Shown here: piece after piece, positions 10,824 to 20,680 of the stretch | How the letters are laid out: every line of letters starts with the position of its first letter | Position numbering within the stretch: the first letter of the stretch is position 1 | Source of the DNA: a bacterium | GTDB taxonomy: Bacteria; DUMJ01 | Direction of reading: 5' to 3' | Assembly: GCA_049970495.1 (NCBI GenBank) | Contig: JBMFMV010000003.1 | Coordinates: 18,693 to 82,692, forward strand | Length of the DNA: 64,000 bases | Translations under genes and position numbers: made by a program | Notes under the pieces: generated by a model | Told to the model about the DNA's origin: nothing | What the model saw: the letters and a program-made list of their open reading frames with translations, nothing else | Database searches by the model: none

Positions 10824-11448
10824 TTTCGAGCCATTCTACCCAGGTATCTATGCCTTCCTTTGTTTTACAGGAAAGAAGAAAGATTTTTGCATTCTTATTT
10901 AAAGCTATTATTCCATTTTTAAACCTTTCTAGGTCAAAATTTACATAAGGTAGAAGATCGATCTTATTCAGTATGACTGCGTTTACTTTTGAAAACAGTC
11001 CAGGATACTTATATGGTTTATCATCTCCTTCTGGAATGCTAGATATGGCAATTCTTATATGTTCCCCTAAATCAAAGCTGGCAGGGCAGATAAGGTTTCC
11101 TATGTTTTCTATAAATAGATATTTTACATTAGAAAGAGAAAGCTTCTTAGTAGCCTCCCTTATCATTGGGGCGTCAAGATGACAGTTCCCTCCAGTGTTT
11201 ATTTGCACTACTGGGATATTAAATTTCGCCATCCTCTCACTGTCTATACTTGAGGCTACATCCCCTTCTATTACCGCTACTTGAGACCCTAACCTAAAGA
11301 TGGTTTCTAATATAAGACTTGTCTTTCCAGCTCCTGGAGAGGACATTATATTAATTGTAAATACCTTTAGATTATCAAAAAACTCTCTGTTTAAAGCAGC
11401 AACTTGATCGTTAGCATCTAGGATATTCTTCACAATCTCTATTTTCAT
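10804..11448 (-). CDS. hypB: Hydrogenase nickel incorporation GTPase HypB
   Basis: SSPGAGKT, CHLDA, ENIGNLICPA, EGDDKPYKYP. Confidence 0.96.
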   Translation of the reverse strand: MKIEIVKNILDANDQVAALNREFFDNLKVFTINIMSSPGAGKTSLILETIFRLGSQVAVIEGDVASSIDSERMAKFNIPVVQINTGGNCHLDAPMIREATKKLSLSNVKYLFIENIGNLICPASFDLGEHIRIAISSIPEGDDKPYKYPGLFSKVNAVILNKIDLLPYVNFDLERFKNGIIALNKNAKIFLLSCKTKEGIDTWVEWLESENSYK

Positions 11449-11776
11449 CTTCCACCTCTATGCTCTCTATATAAAATTCTCTCCCTTCAATTACATCTCC
11501 GCCAATCTTTTTACAGTAGGGACACAGGTATGTTTCATCAGGAATGAACTCTTTTTGACAGTTGTAACATCTTAATTTTACAGGGATCCTTCTGAATAGA
11601 AGTTTTGTTCCCTCTAATGGTGTTGATCTTGTTAACAATTCGAAATAAAATTGGATAGACTCGTCAATAAAGCTAGAAAGATCTCCTATTACCAATTCTA
11701 TAGTCTTTACCTTTTTGCCCTTACTTACTTCCGTAACTGTCTTTATTACCTCTTCTGTAACTGCCAACTCATGCAT
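11411..11776 (-). CDS. hypA: Hydrogenase nickel metallochaperone HypA
   Basis: MHE N-terminus, CxxC...CPxC, GREFYIESIE. Confidence 0.95.
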   Translation of the reverse strand: MHELAVTEEVIKTVTEVSKGKKVKTIELVIGDLSSFIDESIQFYFELLTRSTPLEGTKLLFRRIPVKLRCYNCQKEFIPDETYLCPYCKKIGGDVIEGREFYIESIEVEDENRDCEEYPRC

Positions 11777-12210
11777 ATCTCTTTTATCTTTTTTATAGCC
11801 TCCTCCGAGTTCTTTTTTGCTTCTTTAGTTATATCAAATCCAAAATCAAAGTTGTACCCTTTTATAGATACTAGATACGACTTAGGGCATACCCCGTAAA
11901 GTTCCTTGGTTATAGCTAGAAGCATCTCTGGACTTATATGATGAGAAAAGATTGGAGTTTTGTATCTAGGGGCTATCTCTCTAATAATAAAGTCTTCCAC
12001 TTGATTTATACTAGCATCAACAAAAAAGACAAGCTCGTATCCTGAAATATCCTCACAGAGTTCAGGACCGAGCTCTTGAAGAGATATTACATCAACACTA
12101 ATTTCCTCAAGTGAAAGTCTTTCAGTTACATATTCTCCAATCCCATCATCGCATCTTGCAGGATTTCCATAACCTATAATTAATATTCTAGTCCCTCTTG
12201 ACGCTTCCAA
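11746..12210 (-). CDS. Hydrogenase maturation endopeptidase (HoxW/HyaD family)
   Basis: GYGNPARCDDGIG, FVDA, SHH motifs; follows the large subunit. Confidence 0.9.
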   Translation of the reverse strand: MEASRGTRILIIGYGNPARCDDGIGEYVTERLSLEEISVDVISLQELGPELCEDISGYELVFFVDASINQVEDFIIREIAPRYKTPIFSHHISPEMLLAITKELYGVCPKSYLVSIKGYNFDFGFDITKEAKKNSEEAIKKIKEICMSWQLQKR

Positions 12211-13615
12211 TCACCTCTCCGGTAGAACTAGAAATGATATCGATGACCATTGGCATCTTCCCTACAGCGTGAGTAGAACAGGAAAGGCATGGATCATAAC
12301 ATCTTATTAACCCTTCAACCCTATTAAGCATACCTTCGGTAAGATTTTTACCATCAATATATCTTTTAGCTACTTCCTCTACTCCTTTACTCATAGCCCA
12401 ATTATTATGACCAGTGGCTACTATTAGATTAACCTTTACTATTGTTCCTTTATTGTCTACCCAATAGTGATGGATAAGAGTTCCTCTAGGAGCCTCTATT
12501 ACCCCTATCCCTTCAGGTAAAATCTTATCTGTGGTGACAAGTATATCGTCTGAGAGTATATCTGGGTCTAATAGAAGTTCCTTAGCCCTCTCAGCTGCAA
12601 ATAGATCCTCTATTAGTCGGGCATAGTGGTAATATAAAGACCCTTCTACTGGTTTTCCTCCATTTATGCTCTTAAAGTTTTTAAATTCTTCTTGTGCAAG
12701 AGGAGTATCGACCTTTTCTGCAACATTTAATCTAGCTAAAGGTCCTACTCTATAAACCCCATCTGGCCATCCTAGCTTCTTATAGAATGGAAACTTCAGA
12801 TAAGACCAGTCTTCTACATGTTCCCCTATATAGTTTAGATAGGTAGATCCATCAAAGAGTTCTAAGAGATTACCATCTTTATCTATAAGTTTTACCTTGC
12901 CATCATATAGTTCTAATCCACCATTTTCTGTTACCAAACCCATATATCCACTTGGAAATACTCCAAATTCTTCTACAGTCTCTTTATTCTTCTCTATCCA
13001 ATCTTTAGCTAGACTTATACCTTCTTGTATATAAGAGATCATAGAATCTATCTCTTTTAATAATTCATCTCTGTCCTTTACTGAGAGCGCATTATTTACA
13101 CCACCTGGAACTGCGTAATTAGGATGTATCCTTCTCCCTGCAAGTTTGGCTATTATCTCCTGTCCAAATTTACGAAGCTTTACCGCCTTCATTGCTAACT
13201 CGGGATTTGCCTCTATTATACCGACGACATTTCTAATCTTAGGGTCTGCGTCCCACCCAAAGATTAGGTCCGGACCAGCTAACTCAAAGAAATGCATAGA
13301 ATGAGATTGTATAACTTGTCCCATATGCATAAGCTCTCTAAGTAGCTTTGCTGGTCTAGGAATATCTGCAGAGATAATGGCGTCACAAGCCTTAGCAGAG
13401 GCTAGATGATGACTTACAGGACATATACCGCAGATTCGCGGAGTTATAACTGGCATTTCATAGAACATTCTTCCTTCACTAAATTTCTCAAATCCCCTAA
13501 ATTGGTCTACATGGAAATAAGCCCTATCAACCTTACCATCATCATTTATATATATTGTTATTCTAGCATGTCCCTCTATTCTTGTTACTGGTTGGATAGT
13601 TATCTTTTGGGTCAT
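12188..13615 (-). CDS. hoxH: [NiFe]-hydrogenase large subunit, group 3 (HoxH/HydL-like)
   Basis: RIEGH, L1 motif RICGICPVSH, EAPRGTLIHHY, L2 motif DPCLSCSTH followed by a cleavable tail. Confidence 0.92.
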   Translation of the reverse strand: MTQKITIQPVTRIEGHARITIYINDDGKVDRAYFHVDQFRGFEKFSEGRMFYEMPVITPRICGICPVSHHLASAKACDAIISADIPRPAKLLRELMHMGQVIQSHSMHFFELAGPDLIFGWDADPKIRNVVGIIEANPELAMKAVKLRKFGQEIIAKLAGRRIHPNYAVPGGVNNALSVKDRDELLKEIDSMISYIQEGISLAKDWIEKNKETVEEFGVFPSGYMGLVTENGGLELYDGKVKLIDKDGNLLELFDGSTYLNYIGEHVEDWSYLKFPFYKKLGWPDGVYRVGPLARLNVAEKVDTPLAQEEFKNFKSINGGKPVEGSLYYHYARLIEDLFAAERAKELLLDPDILSDDILVTTDKILPEGIGVIEAPRGTLIHHYWVDNKGTIVKVNLIVATGHNNWAMSKGVEEVAKRYIDGKNLTEGMLNRVEGLIRCYDPCLSCSTHAVGKMPMVIDIISSSTGEVIGSVKRD

Positions 13616-13627
13616 TGCTACCTCCTT

Positions 13628-14170
13628 CTAATCATACCTTAATAAATCACCAACAAGAAGCGGTTTGCGTCCCTCTACTAATTCTCTTAGTACATAATAT
13701 ATTGCATCAGCTCTAGGCGGACATCCAGGTATATAAAAATCTACCTTCACTATTTGATTTACTGCCTTAGCTAGCTTTGTGTGTTTACCTATCTCAGGTG
13801 AAGTAGGAATTTTACCGTTCACTGTGCTTTCTGTCTCTATATAACCACGTCTCAATAGCTCTTCCACCGGGAAATAATTCCTCATGGTTACTATACCACC
13901 AAATACAGCACAATCGCCTATGGCTATAAGGAATTTACACTTGTCCCTCATATGTTTTACAACTTCTATATGGTGATCTGTACTAACCGCTCCTTCCAAA
14001 ATACCTATATCTACTTCCTCTGTAGGCTCTTTAAAATCTGTTATGGGAGTAGCGTTTAACTCTACTCCCATCTTTACCAGTTCAACTAAACGTTCATCCA
14101 TATCTAATATTGACATATGACATCCAGAACATCCATCGAGCCAATCTGTGGCTATAGTAATCTTTTTCAT
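13628..14170 (-). CDS. hoxY: [NiFe]-hydrogenase small subunit with one 4Fe-4S cluster (HoxY/HydS-like)
   Basis: WLDGCSGCHMS, GDCA, IPGCPP; short 180-aa form. Confidence 0.9.
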   Translation of the reverse strand: MKKITIATDWLDGCSGCHMSILDMDERLVELVKMGVELNATPITDFKEPTEEVDIGILEGAVSTDHHIEVVKHMRDKCKFLIAIGDCAVFGGIVTMRNYFPVEELLRRGYIETESTVNGKIPTSPEIGKHTKLAKAVNQIVKVDFYIPGCPPRADAIYYVLRELVEGRKPLLVGDLLRYD

Positions 14171-14182
14171 AACTTTCCTCCT

Positions 14183-15841
14183 TTACCTTCCTAGAAGTAT
14201 ACTGAGGATTTCGCCATTAGTCTTTACACCTTTTTTAGGTGTCAAAACTTTGACGAGCTTTTGTTCTATCCCCTCTATGTTTATATATGTCCCCTCTTCT
14301 TCCAACCAGATAGAGCTTGGCAGTACAATATCTGCAGATTCAACCGCTGGAGTATAATAACTAGTCTGCAAAATGACCTTATTTAAATTCTCAGGAAGTT
14401 TATCTATGTAAGGAGCAACTATATAGGCATTTTTCTTAAGAACAAAGCTTCCATTGAGTCCAATCTTTTTAGCCCCAAGATAGTTTGATGCAGGGGCAAG
14501 CCATATGAATTTTGCTTTGCCACTTATACGAGATAAACTATCTGCTATGGTCTTGTCTATCTGGCTATATATAATAATAGGACTATTCCCTGTAAGTGCA
14601 TTACCTATGGCTTTGTCTAGGTCCTTCATTTGATATGAAAGTTTGGCAAGTTTGTTTAGGCTATTTGGTTTATCATCGACTACTATAAGTTCACCATCAT
14701 TAAAGACTGCTCTCTTTACAAATGAACCTACTACACCAAAATTCTTATCCAGATCCACCCCTATTATAACAATCTTATCTGCACTTAGTATATCACTCAT
14801 CTTACCGAAATTGTCTATAGGATTAGAGGTATTTTCTATTAACCCGATGTTATCTCCTAGGAGGTCTTTAAACTTAGAAAGGACCTCTAAAGGTAAAGAG
14901 GCAGAGATATATCCAACTGTTTCCTTTTCAGCAAGTATTTCCTTTGCCTTATCTATAGCTTCTTCCCATGTAACAGGTTCTAATTTACCATCTTTTCTTA
15001 TCATAGGTTGAGTAATTCTCTCTTTTGTATCATTTAGAGGTTCATATCTACCTAACTTGCATAGAACTCCATTATTTATGGGATTCTCCCAGTCTCCTAA
15101 GATCTGTACTATATGATTAGCCCTTTTATAAACTTCTATTCCACAACCAACACTGCAGTTTGCACATATAGTCTTTATCAATTCACTTTCTTTTCTAGTG
15201 CCAAGGTAGACGCCTTTTTTATCGGTTAATGCACCAGTAGGACAGACCTGTACGCAGAGGCCACAGGAAACACAAGAAGACTCTCCAAGAGGCACATTTA
15301 GATCGGCAGTAAGCATGGAATCAATTCCTCTTTGACTTATACCTAAGACATTGTGACCAGCCATCTCTGAACAAGCCCTGATACATCTCCTACATAGAAC
15401 ACACCTATTATGGTCTACCAATATATATTGGTGACTTGTATCTACAGGGAATTTTGTTATATAAGTTGGAAGTTCGAAGTGATCCAGTCCCATAGAATAG
15501 CCTAGGTCTTGGAGCTCACAATTACCGCTCATTTCACAGTACATACAGTAGTGATTTCTCTCTGAAAAGATAAGGTTTAGTACAAATTTCCTAGCTTTTT
15601 TTACCGTTTCGGTATCTGTTTGTATCTCCATCCCTTCAGATACAGGCAGGGTGCAAGAAGCTTGCAATACCCCAGGCCTTGTTTCTACTACACACATCCT
15701 ACAAGCCCCTATAGAAGTTAACTTTGGATGGTAACACAACACCGGTACATCTATTCCAATTTCTTTTAATACTTCAAGAACTGTTTTCCCCTCTTCAACC
15801 TGAGCCGGTTGTCCATTTATTTTGATATTTACTAAAGCCAT
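14183..15841 (-). CDS. NuoG/HoxU/HydA-like multi-Fe-S subunit with a degenerate molybdopterin-oxidoreductase C-domain
   Basis: 2Fe-2S (LCYH..CRMC..ASC), HYCMYCEMSGNC, CVLCRRCIRAC, CVSCGLCVQVCP, CANCSVGC..LC; C-terminal ADIVLPSSIWLEEEGTYINIEG. Confidence 0.85.
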   Translation of the reverse strand: MALVNIKINGQPAQVEEGKTVLEVLKEIGIDVPVLCYHPKLTSIGACRMCVVETRPGVLQASCTLPVSEGMEIQTDTETVKKARKFVLNLIFSERNHYCMYCEMSGNCELQDLGYSMGLDHFELPTYITKFPVDTSHQYILVDHNRCVLCRRCIRACSEMAGHNVLGISQRGIDSMLTADLNVPLGESSCVSCGLCVQVCPTGALTDKKGVYLGTRKESELIKTICANCSVGCGIEVYKRANHIVQILGDWENPINNGVLCKLGRYEPLNDTKERITQPMIRKDGKLEPVTWEEAIDKAKEILAEKETVGYISASLPLEVLSKFKDLLGDNIGLIENTSNPIDNFGKMSDILSADKIVIIGVDLDKNFGVVGSFVKRAVFNDGELIVVDDKPNSLNKLAKLSYQMKDLDKAIGNALTGNSPIIIYSQIDKTIADSLSRISGKAKFIWLAPASNYLGAKKIGLNGSFVLKKNAYIVAPYIDKLPENLNKVILQTSYYTPAVESADIVLPSSIWLEEEGTYINIEGIEQKLVKVLTPKKGVKTNGEILSILLGR

Positions 15842-15879
15842 TTAAGACCTCCTCGCTAATCTAAGAAATTACCTAAAAT

Positions 15880-15908
15880 ATTTTAAACATAAAATCTAGC
15901 CAAGTCAA
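15880..15908 (-). promoter_or_regulatory. Sigma70-type promoter of the hydrogenase operon
   Basis: Minus strand TTGACT-N17-TAAAAT; SD GGAGG before ATG 15841. Confidence 0.6.
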
Positions 15909-15913
15909 GTAAT

Positions 15914-16120
15914 TGTATGAGTTACATACATTTGAGACTCCGGATTACATTTTAAACATATAATCAGTAGGAGATAAATTATTTAAGCTTTTATGTACCC
16001 TCTTAGTAGTATACAAATAACATAGTCTATAGGTAAACTTGTGTTCTATTCCTCTCCCTTTCAAGTACTTGTCAAAGACACCTAAGAATTCCGAACCATT
16101 ATCTGTTTGCACAACCATAA
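15914..16120 (-). pseudogene. Degenerate IS481/IS3-superfamily DDE transposase fragment with probable right end
   Basis: Minus-strand translation VVQTDNGSEFLGVFDKYLKGRGIEHKFTY...KRVHKSLNNLSPTDY, then frameshifted ESQMYVTHT ending in ...CATACA (TGT at 15914 on +). Confidence 0.7.
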
Positions 16121-16478
16121 TTAGAAGACTAGAATCATAGTTGATCCTAGCTTAAGCCAAATATGTATCATCCAAACACCTGGTAGCTCTTATAAACCTC
16201 AATCAAGATAGACTTTCTACATCTTTTCTATTACTATTAAAGTTCTCTATTCAAATTTTAGGATATTTATCTTTCTTTATACCTTTCGCAAAGTAACCTG
16301 AACTTCTCCTCAGCCTCCTATAAAGAGTTCTCTGATTTAAGATCAGAGAATTTCCTAGAGTTAAGATACGATGCGGGTTTAGAAAAATAGATGCAACGCA
16401 TGTGTCATTTTCAAAATTGGAATTGTCTTAGGAGCGCCTACTCGAAGTCTACCAAAGTAAAAATAAATATATAATAAA

Positions 16479-16505
16479 GTAGGGCAGATGTTTTACCTGC
16501 CCTAC
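16479..16505 (-). terminator. Intrinsic terminator of the ABC binding protein gene
   Basis: GTAGGGCAG(16479-87)/CTGCCCTAC(16497-505) stem followed by a T-rich tract on the minus strand. Confidence 0.75.
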
Positions 16506-16528
16506 AAAGTATTGCCATCAATAATGAT

Positions 16529-18478
16529 TTACTTCTTAAAGAAGAACTGCTCTGGACGAGCATTCTTTGGGGATCTTATGTTATCGTCCCATAGGAGCCC
16601 ATCAGGGATATTTCTAAAATTATTTTTAACTACTATAAGCTGTGGCACCTCTCCTACAAGTCCTATCATCCAGATATTCTTTTTGTGGAGGTTAATTATC
16701 TCTTTAAAGTATCTATTCCTTTGTTTTTCGTCACCTGTAACCTTTACTTTGTCCCAAAGTTCATAGATTTTTCTAATATCTCCCCTGGGTTCTTCTCCAC
16801 CTTTTCCGCCAGTAGTATACCATGTTGCATATAGAGGAGCCCAAGGAGCTTCTGCTACCATCCCCAATAGATGTCCTGGATCAGAAAGAACTGCTACATT
16901 TCTATCAAAGCCCCATACTCCAACTTCTAATTCTCCAGCTCTAGCTCTTGTTACATATAGAGAACGTTCTAAAGGTTTTAACGCTACTTTTATCCCTATG
17001 TTTTCCCAGTATTTCTTTATAACTTCCATATATGGCCTGTCTCCGGAGTATTCTATAGTAATTGCTAGCGTCTTTCCATCTGGTCTTAATCTAAATCCAT
17101 CTTTATCTCTCTTGGTTAGCCCCATTTTATCTAGATACTCATTCGCTTTCTTAGGATTGTATTCTGCATAAGCCTTCTCCCACTCTGGATCGTAGAAAGG
17201 TGCTCCACTTATTATAGACGCTTGCCTAGGTTCTCCTAAACCTAGATAGAATAATTGATTTATCTCTTCTCTGTTTATAGCTAAGGATAGAGCAAATCTA
17301 AATCTTCTATCCTCAAAGATCTTTCTTAGCACTGGGTCTTTTACGTTTTGATTAAGTAATATTGCTGGGCTAGCTCCCGTTCCTTGTGGCCATCTTAATA
17401 CTCTATAATCTCCCTTTGTTCTGTTCTCCATAAGTAGCGTGTAATCTGCAAGGGCTAATCCCCTTTCCTGCATATCCACTTCACCAGCAATAGCTTTTAG
17501 GACTGCAGTTTCTCCAGACTGTAATAGGAGATGAGTTATTCTATCGATATAGGGAAGCTGATTACCAGCTGGATCTATCTTCCAATAGTAGGGATTTCTT
17601 TCCATTACTTGTAAGGTTACAGTATGAGGGGTGGTTGTTCTCCAGGGATAAATTACAGGTAATTCTGGATTCTGTAAGAAGTCATTCTTGTTACTAAAAA
17701 GTTGATACCAATTTTGAAGGCCTTCCTTCTTCACAAGCTCATCTAGTTTTTCTTTAGGAGTATACTTAGGATGAAACTGTTTTAAGTAGTGTTTTGGGGC
17801 GAAGAATGTATGTCCCCCTCCCATCTTTCCTATAGATATAAGGAAAAGTGGGCTGGGTTCTTCGAAAGTAACTCTAAATGAGTATGTATCGATTTTATCT
17901 ATCTTACATGGTTTACCTCCAGCTATAAGCCATGTAGGAATTGTTGGTGTAAGCTCCTTGTTTAAAAGAATATCTTCATACCAGAACATTACGTCTTCGG
18001 TTGTTAGTGGTATCCCATCAGACCATTTTATACCCTCTCTAAGTTTAAATGTGTAGACTTTGGCGTCTCTTGAGACCTTCCAACTCTCTGCAACATTGGG
18101 TAATATTTTGGTCCCATCTTTATTAAACATTACTAAATGTTCGCTACAGAGTTTATAAGGACCGGGAGAATCTGAAAGTCCAGACCAAGTTCTTCTCCAA
18201 GTCCCCCCGTATTCTCCAATCTCCTCATAAGGTGTTACAACTAGAGGGTTTTTAGGTAATCTTTGTTCTACTGGTGGAAGTTTTCCTTGTTTCACTAATT
18301 CTGCCAATTGTGGAGCTTCGTTGAATTTAGTAATTTTCTTGCCAGTGAGTTTCTCATAATCTGAGAGATTATAATACTCTCCTACCTCTACTTTTTCGGC
18401 ACTGAAACTTATTTTGACAAGGCTTAGAAACATACTAATGCATACAAATAGAATTGTTAATATACGCCAAATTCTCAT
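16529..18478 (-). CDS. ABC transporter substrate-binding protein, family 5 (DppA/OppA-like, likely oligosaccharide-binding)
   Basis: Signal peptide; GKLPPVEQRLP, YGGTW, PNVAESW, LREGIKWSDG, RNPYYWKIDPAGNQLPYID. Confidence 0.9.
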   Translation of the reverse strand: MRIWRILTILFVCISMFLSLVKISFSAEKVEVGEYYNLSDYEKLTGKKITKFNEAPQLAELVKQGKLPPVEQRLPKNPLVVTPYEEIGEYGGTWRRTWSGLSDSPGPYKLCSEHLVMFNKDGTKILPNVAESWKVSRDAKVYTFKLREGIKWSDGIPLTTEDVMFWYEDILLNKELTPTIPTWLIAGGKPCKIDKIDTYSFRVTFEEPSPLFLISIGKMGGGHTFFAPKHYLKQFHPKYTPKEKLDELVKKEGLQNWYQLFSNKNDFLQNPELPVIYPWRTTTPHTVTLQVMERNPYYWKIDPAGNQLPYIDRITHLLLQSGETAVLKAIAGEVDMQERGLALADYTLLMENRTKGDYRVLRWPQGTGASPAILLNQNVKDPVLRKIFEDRRFRFALSLAINREEINQLFYLGLGEPRQASIISGAPFYDPEWEKAYAEYNPKKANEYLDKMGLTKRDKDGFRLRPDGKTLAITIEYSGDRPYMEVIKKYWENIGIKVALKPLERSLYVTRARAGELEVGVWGFDRNVAVLSDPGHLLGMVAEAPWAPLYATWYTTGGKGGEEPRGDIRKIYELWDKVKVTGDEKQRNRYFKEIINLHKKNIWMIGLVGEVPQLIVVKNNFRNIPDGLLWDDNIRSPKNARPEQFFFKK

Positions 18479-18557
18479 ATCCTCTTACCCTCCTTTTGGT
18501 TTTTTATAGCAAAACATAGTTAAATATCCTACAAATATTGTACCACTAATTTTAAAA

Positions 18558-19943
18558 TTAGTAAAGATATCTCCAGGTTCTGCCGTCTTTTTTTATAAAG
18601 TCTTCTGCCTCTTTTGGACCAAAAGAACCTACCGAATAGATAGGAATTTGAGGATTATCCTTCCAGAATTCAATTATTGGTTGTACTATTTCCCACGCCT
18701 TTTCTATTTCATCTTCTCTTATAAATAGGGTCTGATCACCTCTAATGAGGTCTATAAAGAGTGTCTCATAAGCCTCTATATTCTGACTACTCCACTCCAT
18801 AGAGGTAGGTATTGGACAGGATAGGATACTACTTCCTAGGGGCCTAAGCTGAAAACTCAGTATAATTTTATTTTCTGGGGCAATTTTAAAGCCTATTATA
18901 TCTTCTTGGGGTGTACAATCTAATAACTTTGAGAACAAGCCGGGTATTTTCTTAAATACAATAATTGCTGATGTCTCTTTTTTCTTCAATTTCTTACCTG
19001 TCCTCAAATAAAAAGGCACACCATCCCATCTGAGATTCTCTATATAAAATTTTATTCCAGCGTATGTCTCTGTATAGGACTTAGAAAGTCCTTCATCTGC
19101 TAGGTATCCTTCATACTGTCCTCTTACTGTGTATAAGGGTACCTCTTCATATCTTATTTCCTTTATACTCTTTAAGACTTTTACTTTTTCATCTCTTATG
19201 GCGTTTTCGTTTATACAGCATGGCGGTTCCATAGCTATTAATGTGAGTATCTGGATTAGATGGTTTTGTACCATATCTCTTAGAGCTCCAACTTTATCGT
19301 AGTATCCTAATCTTCCTTCTACGCCTACATCTTCTAATGCTGATATCTGTATATGATCTATGAAGTTTCTATTCCAAATCCCTTCAAAGATTATATTAGA
19401 AAATCTTAGTCCAAAGATATTTTGTACCGTCTCTTTACCTAAAAAATGGTCTATTCTATAAATCTCCTCTTCCTTAAAAAATTCTTTAATGATTCTATTA
19501 AGTCTCTTAGCAGATTCTAGATCATAGCCAAATGGCTTTTCAATGACTATTTTCCTTTTGTTAGAAAACTCTTTTAAAAGATGCCCTAGGTTTATAATTA
19601 TTGATTCAAAAGTAAATGGTGGAGTAGCTAAATAGAAGATTAATTCTTCATCTTTAAATCTTGATAGAATCTCCTTTAGATTTTTATACTCCTCTATTTT
19701 GTCTAAGTCGATTCTTACAAATTCAAAGAGGGAGAAAAATCTAGGATCATCTGATTTTATAGAGGTCCTTAGCATTTGAATAAACTCTTCTTTCCCAACG
19801 TTAGGTCTTCTTCCCGTACCTATTATTTTTGAGCAGTTTATTAAATGATGTCCTCTATACAGGTTGTAAAGAACAGGGTACAATTTAGACCTTGCCAAAT
19901 CTCCTAGTCCTCCAAATATTATTATTACAAATCTTCTTTCCAT
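18558..19943 (-). CDS. zwf: Glucose-6-phosphate 1-dehydrogenase
   Basis: GGLGDLA, EKPFG, RIDHFLGKE, RDMVQNH, RWDGVPFYLRTGK. Confidence 0.96.
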   Translation of the reverse strand: MERRFVIIIFGGLGDLARSKLYPVLYNLYRGHHLINCSKIIGTGRRPNVGKEEFIQMLRTSIKSDDPRFFSLFEFVRIDLDKIEEYKNLKEILSRFKDEELIFYLATPPFTFESIIINLGHLLKEFSNKRKIVIEKPFGYDLESAKRLNRIIKEFFKEEEIYRIDHFLGKETVQNIFGLRFSNIIFEGIWNRNFIDHIQISALEDVGVEGRLGYYDKVGALRDMVQNHLIQILTLIAMEPPCCINENAIRDEKVKVLKSIKEIRYEEVPLYTVRGQYEGYLADEGLSKSYTETYAGIKFYIENLRWDGVPFYLRTGKKLKKKETSAIIVFKKIPGLFSKLLDCTPQEDIIGFKIAPENKIILSFQLRPLGSSILSCPIPTSMEWSSQNIEAYETLFIDLIRGDQTLFIREDEIEKAWEIVQPIIEFWKDNPQIPIYSVGSFGPKEAEDFIKKDGRTWRYLY

Positions 19944-20035
19944 AAGGTTATCTACCTCTTTCTTAACATATTTTTGTAGATAAATTATATCACTTTAATG
20001 AGATTTCTTCTAAATGCTATTAAACTGAGGTTAGA

Positions 20036-20064
20036 TTGATAACCTCTTTGATGCGCTATATACT
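20036..20064 (+). promoter_or_regulatory. Sigma70-type promoter of the pfpI-like gene
   Basis: TTGATA-N17-TATACT upstream of SD AGGAGG. Confidence 0.5.
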
Positions 20065-20104
20065 AGTAAGCAAAAGTTTAAATTGATTGAATAGGAGGTT
20101 ATAT

Positions 20105-20680
20105 ATGAAATTAAAGGGCAAAAGGGTAGTAATTCTAGTTTCTAATGAATTTGAAGATATAGAAGTCTTTTATCCATTTCTTAGACTTAGCGAAGAAGGG
20201 GCATGGATAACTTTTGGTATATATCAGAGAGGATTTCATCCAAGGCCTGCGTTCCCTGGTAAGCCAATAACAGGAAGATTTGGACTTACTGTTCCTCCTA
20301 TGTTTCATAGAGAAGGATATAGATATGATGTAAAAGAGGCTACCGAGTTGTCCCCTGATGATTATGATGCAGTAATAATTCCGGGTGGATTTTCTCCAGA
20401 CTATCTAAGGAGAGAGCCAAAGATTACCGAGTTTGTTAGTAAGATGTACGAACAGGGTAAAGTTGTAGCTGCTATATGTCATGGCCCCTGGCTTATAATC
20501 TCTGCCAAAATAGCTAAAGGAAAGAGAATAGCAGGTGTTACACCTATAAAAGATGATATAGAAAACGCAGGGGCCATCTTTGTTGATGAGCCAGTAGCAG
20601 TTGACGGAAATATAATAACAAGTAGAGTACCTGATGACCTACCTGAATTCTGTCAGGCTATAATTAACGCTATGTCATAA
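20105..20680 (+). CDS. PfpI/DJ-1 family protein (protease / glyoxalase III / deglycase)
   Basis: FEDIE, IPGG, AICHGP nucleophile elbow, TSRVPDDLP; SD supports ATG 20105. Confidence 0.9.
   Translation: MKLKGKRVVILVSNEFEDIEVFYPFLRLSEEGAWITFGIYQRGFHPRPAFPGKPITGRFGLTVPPMFHREGYRYDVKEATELSPDDYDAVIIPGGFSPDYLRREPKITEFVSKMYEQGKVVAAICHGPWLIISAKIAKGKRIAGVTPIKDDIENAGAIFVDEPVAVDGNIITSRVPDDLPEFCQAIINAMS

Noticed and set aside
12188..13615. [NiFeSe] hydrogenase
   Set aside because: The L2 motif is DPCLSC with Cys codons and there is no in-frame TGA
14183..15841. Formate dehydrogenase alpha subunit or [FeFe]-hydrogenase
   Set aside because: Too short, no recognisable Mo-ligand Cys/Sec segment and no H-cluster motifs; it sits in a NiFe-hydrogenase operon
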